Assembly (NCBI GenBank): GCA_937876055.1
Contig: CALEIW010000242.1
Coordinates: forward strand, 1 to 53,394
Length of the DNA: 53,394 bases
Reading direction: 5' to 3'
DNA from: an uncultured euryarchaeote
GTDB taxonomy: Archaea > Thermoplasmatota > Poseidoniia > Poseidoniales > Thalassarchaeaceae
Shown here: positions 9,760 to 16,500 of the stretch, one piece after another
Position numbering within the stretch: the stretch's first letter is position 1
Layout of the letters: each line of letters begins with the position of its first letter
Program-made: the position numbers and the translations under genes
Notes under the pieces: generated by a model
The model's database searches: none
Told to the model about the DNA's origin: nothing
What the model saw: only the letters and a program-made list of their open reading frames with translations

Positions 9760-10155
9760 ATGTCGGAACATGTGATTGATTCCAGCGAGCCGTATCATCC
9801 TGAGAAACTCGAAAAAAAGGACTATGTCGGCGCGGCTGCTTACTTTGAATTGGATTTACGAACAGGTATCATTCTCAAAGTAGAAGAATTCCCTGAGATG
9901 CGTAAACCCTCTTACAAAATTGAAGTTGATTTCGGGCCTGTGATTGGTAAGCTTTGGACCTCGGCCCAGATTACCAACTACTCTCGAGCAGAGTTGGTTG
10001 GCCGAACCGTAGTAGGTGCGTTGAATCTTGGCGACAAGACACTGCCGACCGGTTTTGTCAGCGAATTCCTTGTTTTAGGGGCCTTAGACCCAGATGGTAC
10101 GGTTAGGCTGTTAGAACTTCCAGAAGGAGTCAACCCCGGGTCGATGGTTGCATAG
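9760..10155 (+). CDS. tRNA-binding domain protein (CsaA/EMAP-like)
   Basis: The sequence LDLRTGIILKVEEFPEMRKPSYKIEVDFGP...SAQITNYSRAELVGRTVVGALNL matches the CsaA OB-fold pattern. The start abuts the pyrE stop (TGAATG). Confidence 0.75.
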   Translation: MSEHVIDSSEPYHPEKLEKKDYVGAAAYFELDLRTGIILKVEEFPEMRKPSYKIEVDFGPVIGKLWTSAQITNYSRAELVGRTVVGALNLGDKTLPTGFVSEFLVLGALDPDGTVRLLELPEGVNPGSMVA

Positions 10156-10190
10156 AGAGAGTGAATAACCTCCTCATAACTTCGGCAATC

Positions 10191-10724
10191 ATGCAAGAAG
10201 AGGCTGGTTACGCCGATAGCGACCAAATCATGTCTGTAGAATTTGACAAAAAAATCATCATTTATTGGTGGTTAATGGCTAATTTAGGCCTCCTAACGTC
10301 ATTTATAGGTATCCCATTGATGCTGATTTGGCTTCCATTTGGCTGGATAGTTCACCAGAAGCAGTACGAACATATGAGCGGAGCCCTGACTGCTCGTTCC
10401 CTCAATATGCGTATGGGTTGGTTATTCAAGAAACAACAAAACATCGCTCTAGACAAACTTACTGACGTATCAATTTCCGAAGGCCCAATTCTGAAAGCAC
10501 TCGGGGTTGTCAAGATGCAATTCGAGACAGCAGGCGCTGCACCTTTCATACTGTCAGGTGTGAAAAATGCGGATCAATTCCGCGATGTCGTTCTCCAACA
10601 CAGAGATTCATTGATGGCGGCCCCATCCTCACAGTCTAGCTCATCAACTGAATCCAGTGACGTTCTAATTGAAATCAGAGATTTACTCAAAGAAATCAAT
10701 ACCAATTTATCCAGTGAAGAGTGA
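10191..10724 (+). CDS. Membrane protein with a bacterial PH (bPH_2, YdbS/YdbT-like) domain
   Basis: A two-helix hydrophobic N-terminus is followed by GWLFKKQQNIALDKLTDVSISEGPILKALGVVKMQFETAG, which fits the bPH_2 pattern. The ORF-track start at 10161 is GTG, with ATGs at 10191 and 10230. Confidence 0.6.
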   Translation: MQEEAGYADSDQIMSVEFDKKIIIYWWLMANLGLLTSFIGIPLMLIWLPFGWIVHQKQYEHMSGALTARSLNMRMGWLFKKQQNIALDKLTDVSISEGPILKALGVVKMQFETAGAAPFILSGVKNADQFRDVVLQHRDSLMAAPSSQSSSSTESSDVLIEIRDLLKEINTNLSSEE

Positions 10725-10770
10725 TTATTCAATCGTCATGCTATTGGACTAGACGCCACTCGTTGATATC

Positions 10771-11262
10771 ATGCCTACCATGGTTAGAATGACGACAAGC
10801 GCTGGAGATATTGACATTGCACTGTATACCGAGGATTGTCCTGAGACAACAGGTAACTTCCTCAAATTGGTGGATGAGGAGTTCTACAACGGATTACACT
10901 TTCACCGTGTAATTAAGAATTTCATGATTCAAGGCGGATGCCCGAGATCAAAGGACCCGTTTGATGGAAGAGCAGGAACAGGCGGCCCTGGTTGGAAAAT
11001 CCCTTGCGAGGCATCCGCATTGGCAAAAAAACACGACAGACCCGGATTATTTTCTATGGCAAATGCAGGCCCTAACACAGGCGGCTCACAATTTTTCCTA
11101 ACAACCGTTCCAACACCTTGGTTAGACGGAAATCACGCGGTTTTTGGAGAGGTAATCGAGGGCATGGAGAATGTCTACAAGATTGAGAACTGTGATACGA
11201 AGCCCGGAGATAGGCCTTACGACCCTCAAAAAATCATCTCCGTTCAGCGATTAGAAGAGTAA
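10771..11262 (+). CDS. Cyclophilin-type peptidyl-prolyl cis-trans isomerase
   Basis: Motifs FHRVIKNFMIQGG, SMANAGPNTGGSQFF and HAVFGEV are present. Confidence 0.9.
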   Translation: MPTMVRMTTSAGDIDIALYTEDCPETTGNFLKLVDEEFYNGLHFHRVIKNFMIQGGCPRSKDPFDGRAGTGGPGWKIPCEASALAKKHDRPGLFSMANAGPNTGGSQFFLTTVPTPWLDGNHAVFGEVIEGMENVYKIENCDTKPGDRPYDPQKIISVQRLEE

Positions 11263-11280
11263 TCGTTGCATACAAAGCCA

Positions 11281-11308
11281 ATAATTAATTTTATTAATAA
11301 CTAATTAA
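11281..11308 (+). promoter_or_regulatory. AT-only tract with palindrome ATTAAT-TTT-ATTAAT; candidate TATA box and operator for fumC
   Basis: The tract is a 28-nt run of A/T only. The inverted repeat at 11284-11298 was read directly. It lies 20-35 nt upstream of the ATG at 11319, consistent with a leaderless or short-leader archaeal promoter. Confidence 0.35.
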
Positions 11309-11318
11309 GCGCCTGTTT

Positions 11319-12920
11319 ATGGCCAAACATCGGGCGGGCGACCGTCGCATAATCAGTATCAGCATACCAGAAGAGCTTGCAAGGAAGCTAGACAGAAGGG
11401 TCGGAAAAGGCCGAAATGATGGCAGATCCGCAACAATAACAAAAATGATACAAAACGGCCTGGAAACTGAGCAAACTGTAGCAATACAAACTCCAGTTAG
11501 CGAGCAAAGAAGTGCATCCGGAGTCCAAGGTGAAATCAGAATTGAAAAAGATACAATGGGAGAGTTAGAAGTCCCAGCGGATCGATACTTTGGAGCACAA
11601 ACCGCTCGCTCGCTAATCAACTTCGATATAGGCACTGACACGATGCCGCCATCTGTAATCAGAGCCTTCGGAATTCTAAAACAAGCCGCCGCAGAAACTA
11701 ATGTCGATCTCGGCCAATTAGATCCTCAGATTGGCGCCCTAATTTCTTCTGCTTGCGATGAAGTAATTTCTGGCTCATTGGATGAACATTTTCCTCTTCG
11801 AGTTTGGCAAACGGGTTCGGGGACACAAACCAACATGAATAGCAACGAAGTAATTGCTAATCGAGCAATAGAGATGGCTGGGGGTGAATTAGGTAGCAAA
11901 TCACCAGTGCACCCTAATGATCATGTTAATCGCGGTCAATCCAGCAACGACACTTTCCCAACAGCAATGCACATCGCAGCCGCCGAGGAAATCCACCATC
12001 GGTTATTGCCTGCAGTTAGATTACTACACAACTCTCTGGCAACAAAGGCGGATGAGTTCGAAAATATAGTAAAAATCGGCCGAACTCACCTAATGGATGC
12101 AGTCCCACTTACTCTTGGCCAAGAATTCGGCGGCTATGTTTCCATGTTATCATCTGATATTCGTCGTATTGAGGCCGCTTGGGACGATTTACTAGAATTG
12201 GCTCTGGGTGGTACAGCAGTTGGAACAGGCCTAAACACCCATTACGAATTCGCTGACAAAGTAGCCGATAGAATCGCCGACAAGACCCAATTACCATTCG
12301 TCTCGGCTGAAAATAAATTTGCTCAATTAGCGGCTCATGATGCAATCGTAGCTGCTTCAGGGGCACTCAACACTCTCGCTGTAAGTCTAATGAAGATTGC
12401 AAATGATATTCGTTGGATGGGTTCAGGGCCACGTTGCGGATTTGGCGAATTGTCTCTACCAGCCAATGAACCAGGGTCGAGCATCATGCCAGGAAAGGTG
12501 AATCCAACTCAATCCGAAGCTATGACAATGGTGTGCTGCCAGGTAATGGGCAACCACACAGCGATTAGCGTTGGAGGCAGTCAAGGAAATTTTGAACTCA
12601 ACGTCTACAAGCCTTTGATGATCTACAATTTACTACACAGCACTAGGTTACTTGCAGATACTTGTAGGGCCTTTACTGAGAAATGTGTTGATGGGCTTGA
12701 AGCCAATGAAGGAGTAATCGCTTCTCATCTTGAGAATAGTTTGATGCTGGTCACAGCTTTGAACAATCACATTGGATATGATAGCGCTGCAAAGATTGCA
12801 AAACACGCTCACTCAAGTGGTTCTACGCTAAGGGAGTCAGCGCTTGAACTTGGATTAGTCACAAACGATCAATTTGACCAATGGGTGAAACCTAGAGAGA
12901 TGATAGGTCCTAAAGAGTAG
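11319..12920 (+). CDS. fumC: Class II fumarate hydratase with an N-terminal ribbon-helix-helix (CopG/NikR-like) extension
   Basis: FumC homology starts at [26 protein letters not shown] (residue ~73) and includes [16 protein letters not shown]. Residues ~9-48, [40 protein letters not shown], fit the RHH pattern. There is no in-frame start codon between the RHH and the conserved EKD.MG block. Confidence 0.9.
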   Translation: MAKHRAGDRRIISISIPEELARKLDRRVGKGRNDGRSATITKMIQNGLETEQTVAIQTPVSEQRSASGVQGEIRIEKDTMGELEVPADRYFGAQTARSLINFDIGTDTMPPSVIRAFGILKQAAAETNVDLGQLDPQIGALISSACDEVISGSLDEHFPLRVWQTGSGTQTNMNSNEVIANRAIEMAGGELGSKSPVHPNDHVNRGQSSNDTFPTAMHIAAAEEIHHRLLPAVRLLHNSLATKADEFENIVKIGRTHLMDAVPLTLGQEFGGYVSMLSSDIRRIEAAWDDLLELALGGTAVGTGLNTHYEFADKVADRIADKTQLPFVSAENKFAQLAAHDAIVAASGALNTLAVSLMKIANDIRWMGSGPRCGFGELSLPANEPGSSIMPGKVNPTQSEAMTMVCCQVMGNHTAISVGGSQGNFELNVYKPLMIYNLLHSTRLLADTCRAFTEKCVDGLEANEGVIASHLENSLMLVTALNNHIGYDSAAKIAKHAHSSGSTLRESALELGLVTNDQFDQWVKPREMIGPKE

Positions 12921-13101
12921 TCTAACTGGAGATAGTTCTGAACTAACGAAATCATACATTGACGGGAGAAAACCTCCGCAATGATTGATAATTAGATGGA
13001 ATGGGGCTCAGCCGTACTTTGGTACAAGGTGGGAGCAGCAGGGGGTTCTGCACATGGGGGAGCATCCCCCCCTGCTATCTCCGCAGGGTCCGGTTCCATC
13101 C

Positions 13102-13120
13102 GGGCTTGCGCCCTTTTTTT
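13102..13120 (+). terminator. GGGC-UUGC-GCCC hairpin followed by T7 (13114-13120); plus-strand oligo-T terminator
   Basis: This is the longest T run in the spacer, preceded by a small GC hairpin and by the larger G5/C7 hairpin at 13037-13076. It may terminate fumC read-through or a short RNA. Confidence 0.4.
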
Positions 13121-13307
13121 CCCGGGTAGATGACTACATTGCTCCGGAGAGCCTTTTTGTCGTTTCCCGCTTCTTCGAGGATCGCTCCCCGTTTCTGCGT
13201 TTCCATTTCCCTCCCCGGCTCTCACCGGTTTGTTCTTTGGAATGAGTGCCGGTCCTCCACGCGTCTCCGCGCTCTTGTTCCCGCTGTGTTTCCCTTAGGT
13301 TTCTTTT

Positions 13308-13327
13308 CCCCTTCCTTACGTCCGGTT
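13308..13327. repeat. Direct repeat copy 1: ccccttccttacgtccggtt
   Basis: It is 19/20 identical to 13491-13510. It is preceded by gtgtttccc, as copy 2 is by gtgttttcccc. Confidence 0.7.
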
Positions 13328-13490
13328 CTTGTCTTCCTTTGTTCCCCGCAGATTCGCCTCAAGCTTTTCCCATCTCTGGTTCTCTCGCTCTTCGCGTATG
13401 CACTCACGGTCTGGTTAGTTGGCACGGTATGCGTTTTCCCTGCCTAAGCAGTGCGGTTGTGTTTTCCCCAACTTTCCCTGTGGCTTCCTT

Positions 13491-13510
13491 CCCCTTCCTT
13501 TCGTCCGGTT
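13491..13510. repeat. Direct repeat copy 2: ccccttcctttcgtccggtt
   Basis: It is 19/20 identical to 13308-13327 and lies 183 nt downstream. Confidence 0.7.
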
Positions 13511-13781
13511 TTCTCCACCTCAGTTCGACCGTATCTCCCCTGGCCCAAGTGCCAAGTTCGATCATCCCCGGTTTCCTTGCGGTTTCCGGTTCTACCACCC
13601 CGAGTTCGGGGTTCGGTTCTGTGGCCCGCGGTGTTTGCCGAAGCTCGCACCACACCACTCTCCCAGAGCGGCATCTTTGGTCTGAACGGCGGAGGCACAT
13701 AAACATTTCGCTAAATGAGGTACTGTGGACCGGAAATAGGGGTCTAGGGATGTTAATTTCCACTGCATCCCAGGCCGAGAA

Positions 13782-14825
13782 TTATAGATTTCTTAACATC
13801 CTTAGTCGAGCTCGAAGATCTGATTTTTCAGAATATTCTTCAGGCTCTTCTTGGTGTGAATTTATTCTTCTCTGTATAACTTCAGATTCTACAAAGTAGA
13901 CTCTTCCCTGGTCATCTCCGAGTACTATTCTATTGGATGATGAATCCATCTGTCGTAACCTAGAATCATGGGATATTTTATTCGATACTTCACCAATTAT
14001 CATTATCCAAACATTCACTCCATCGAAGGAAGACGCCCAACCATTAGTTTCGACAATTTCGACTGCATCAACAGAGCCAGGTAGATTTTCTGATCCGGTT
14101 TTCATTGAGATGCTACCATCTTCATGACCAGAAATCCAGCCATCGGGGCTAGAAGCAATCGAGGTCACCAAGGTTCCCGCCTCGAGGACTGATTCATCCA
14201 ATGAATTCAAGGAGCCATCGGCGTGTCCAAAAATCAAATCTTTATTTTCTCCACAACCACAGGTGACCGGACTGTTTGTTGGTAGCGCGTTATGCTCGAC
14301 AGAGGCTTCAGGGCGAACTCTGAGATAACCGCACCTGGGTCGTCCTAATCCTAGAACGATACCCCCAGAACCATCTGAAGAAATATGCCAAGAACGTTCA
14401 GCGATTACCCAACGTTCCAATTCATTTCCCAATTTATCGAATCTCCAAATGGTGGATTCGATGAAGTCGGCGACCTCTAACTCGTAAACCGATGAGGTCG
14501 CCCAGATATTCCCATCCGCTGCTAATACGTAGTCACTTGCTCCTTCCAATTTTTTATTCCAAAGAAGCGACCCATTCTCTATGTCAACTGCATGAAGAGA
14601 ATCAGATGCTGTGACATAAACACTGCCTGAATCTACAGAGATGTCTGAAATCGGCCCGCTAATTGAAACTCTCCAACGTTCAACTCCACTGGAAGCATCC
14701 CAGGAAACAAGTAATCCATCGTGAGAGCCAGCGAATAGTAAATCCTCGACTAGAAGTAATGCGGAACAGGAGCTGGAAAGGTCTCGCACATAGGACGAGA
14801 TAGCCTCAAGGGAAAGTCCGGTCAC
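13782..14825 (-). CDS. PQQ-like / WD40-like beta-propeller repeat protein
   Basis: The pattern 'hydrophobic-x-D-x-x-x-G-x-x-x-W' repeats (SWDASSGVERWRV, AVDIENGSLLWNK, ...). There is no signal peptide. The start is GTG at 14825. Confidence 0.7.
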   Translation of the reverse strand: MTGLSLEAISSYVRDLSSSCSALLLVEDLLFAGSHDGLLVSWDASSGVERWRVSISGPISDISVDSGSVYVTASDSLHAVDIENGSLLWNKKLEGASDYVLAADGNIWATSSVYELEVADFIESTIWRFDKLGNELERWVIAERSWHISSDGSGGIVLGLGRPRCGYLRVRPEASVEHNALPTNSPVTCGCGENKDLIFGHADGSLNSLDESVLEAGTLVTSIASSPDGWISGHEDGSISMKTGSENLPGSVDAVEIVETNGWASSFDGVNVWIMIIGEVSNKISHDSRLRQMDSSSNRIVLGDDQGRVYFVESEVIQRRINSHQEEPEEYSEKSDLRARLRMLRNL

Positions 14826-14863
14826 AGAGTCTCTACTCGACTGCTGAATATCGTATTTTGTGT

Positions 14864-16366
14864 CTACGCGGTCAACCCATAGAGACGTTTGACCTTGTCT
14901 TGGAGATATTCTACGAATGCATCAGGAGATGGCGGCGAGCCGGTAGCCTCCTCGATTAAGGCTGCAGGCTCCAGAATGCTACCTCGCGCGTGCACGCGCG
15001 AGCGCATCCAGTCCAAAATCGGCGCGAAATCTCCATTTCGAATTTGTTCATCGTGGTCTGGAAGGTCTTCTCTTGCCTTGGCAAGAAGTTGCGCAGCGTA
15101 GAGGTTTCCAAGTGTGTAAGTTGGGAAATATCCGAAGGCTCCCATAGACCAGTGTATATCTTGCAGAACACCTAGAGTTCGATTTGGCGCTCTAATTCCT
15201 AGGAATTCTTCGTACATGTCGTCCCAAACATCAGGGAGATCGTCAACTTCGATTTCACCAGCGATTAACTTCTTCTCGACTTCATATCGAATCATTATGT
15301 GCAGGTTGTAGGTTGCCTCATCAGATTCTGTACGAATTAAACTCGGTTCTACTAGATTAACCGCCCTCCAGAGATCTTCTGCACTTACTCCTTCCATATT
15401 TTCTGGGAAATTTTCCTTCCAAATCGGTAATGCCCATTCACAGAATTCTCTGCTTCGACCAACCTGATTCTCGAATAGTCGACTCTGACTTTCATGAACA
15501 CCTAGTCCATTAGCCTGTCCGGCAGGTTGGAAGTCTAGGTTACGAGGCCGACCTTGCTCGTACAAACCGTGACCAGTCTCATGCATTGATCCGTAAAGAG
15601 AACCGAATGGATCAGTTTCTGAATACCTGGTGGTCCAACGCACATCATCAGGGTTTGGCCCACCACAGAATGGATGAGTGGAGGCATCACGACGTCCCGC
15701 AGCAAAGTCGAAACCAAGGGCTTCGGATACGGATTGAGACAGAGACTCTTGACCTGATTGGCTCCAAGAATTATTCTCAATGAAGCCCATTTCTGGACGC
15801 TCCCCTCGCTCCACGACGGCCTTTACAAGAGGCGCAACATTCTCTCTCAATCCAGCGAATAACGGGTCTACTCTTGATACAGTGAGGCCGGATTCATAGA
15901 TGTCCAATAGAGCATCGTAGCGAAGCTCTTCATAGCCCAAATAGTCAGCTTTTTGTCGAGCCAGGTAAACCATCTTTGCAAGGTCATCTCGGAAAATCGA
16001 GAAATCGTCCTCGGCTCGAGCTTTCTGCCAAGATATCAGAGATTGAGACTTGTGCTTTGCCATTTCTTCAACGAATTCTGTTGGTAGTTTTGTGGCTTTA
16101 TCGTACGAGTCGCGTGCGAGTCGAACATTGGCTGATTGCACGTCGTTTAGGTCCTCGCGTGCCTCCAACTCAGTGAGTAATTCTCCAATTCTAGGGTCAG
16201 TCGTCGCTTCGTGTCCGGTTTTAGAAACCCAAGCCAATTGTTCCGCTCGAAGCGCTGCGGCTTTTGGTGGCATCAATACTTCTTGATCCCAGCCTAGTAG
16301 ACCGCCGATTTGCGAGATTAAGTCAATGTTCTTCAAACGTTCAAGTAACTCCTCGTAAGCATCCAT
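14864..16366 (-). CDS. Carboxypeptidase Taq-type (M32) metallopeptidase
   Basis: The motif HETGHGLYEQG (HExxH), a 500-aa length, and IHWSMGAFGYFPTYTLGN typical of M32 are all present. Confidence 0.9.
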   Translation of the reverse strand: MDAYEELLERLKNIDLISQIGGLLGWDQEVLMPPKAAALRAEQLAWVSKTGHEATTDPRIGELLTELEAREDLNDVQSANVRLARDSYDKATKLPTEFVEEMAKHKSQSLISWQKARAEDDFSIFRDDLAKMVYLARQKADYLGYEELRYDALLDIYESGLTVSRVDPLFAGLRENVAPLVKAVVERGERPEMGFIENNSWSQSGQESLSQSVSEALGFDFAAGRRDASTHPFCGGPNPDDVRWTTRYSETDPFGSLYGSMHETGHGLYEQGRPRNLDFQPAGQANGLGVHESQSRLFENQVGRSREFCEWALPIWKENFPENMEGVSAEDLWRAVNLVEPSLIRTESDEATYNLHIMIRYEVEKKLIAGEIEVDDLPDVWDDMYEEFLGIRAPNRTLGVLQDIHWSMGAFGYFPTYTLGNLYAAQLLAKAREDLPDHDEQIRNGDFAPILDWMRSRVHARGSILEPAALIEEATGSPPSPDAFVEYLQDKVKRLYGLTA

Positions 16367-16500
16367 GTAAGAACCGGGTCGGCACCCCTCATCAAACCCT
16401 TCGATATAGTAAATTCAAAATTTCATTTATCATTATCCGGCTATTTTTTCTCACACCAAGAGTCAGAACTCTCTTGAGTAGTCTAGCACGCGCGAAGCGC

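Larger units (their letters stand above)
13130..13760 (-). ncRNA. Candidate unannotated long purine-rich non-coding RNA (family unknown; orientation inferred)
   Basis: The + strand of 13141-13680 is 9% A, 57% G+C and 69% pyrimidine by hand count. All six frames are open with nonsense-like translations. There are no oligo-U runs in minus sense, whereas the + strand has T4-T7 runs. Minus-sense hairpins carry GNRA/UNCG-type loops. A TATAAT sits at 13783-13788. Confidence 0.3.

Noticed and set aside
13222-13698. Reading the two same-frame minus-strand ORFs through their single in-frame TAG, as amber read-through or pyrrolysine, to give one basic repeat protein.
   Set aside because: The composite sequence has no recognisable fold or motif. 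The next segment (12992..13225) is in another frame. No pyl genes or other support are present in the window. The shared peptide repeat is explained by the nucleotide repeat.
12985-13780. Known housekeeping RNAs in the island: 5S rRNA, SRP (7S) RNA, RNase P RNA, tRNA.
   Set aside because: By eye there is no GGAAAGUCC-type RNase P CR-I on either strand. There is no 5S loop-C/helix-I end pairing for the ~120-nt segment before the T7 run. The GGAAGGAAGC stretch resembling SRP helix 8 lacks the complementary 5' strand and tetraloop context. No T-loop GTTCRA is present. A covariance-model scan is still needed.
12985-13899. Nine overlapping ORFs of 67-217 aa on both strands across the fumC/beta-propeller spacer (e.g. 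13246..13899 +, 13404..13763 -, 13444..13698 -).
   Set aside because: All six frames are open only because the + strand has about 9% A and stop codons cannot form. The translations are low-complexity and mutually overlapping. The longest runs into the real beta-propeller gene on the opposite strand. I recognised no motifs.
16264-16500. The 79-codon N-terminal extension of the S15 peptidase ORF as tracked (start 16264).
   Set aside because: It overlaps the 5' end of the M32 carboxypeptidase gene on the other strand by about 100 nt. The in-frame GTG at 16501 gives a textbook signal peptide with an LSGC lipobox.
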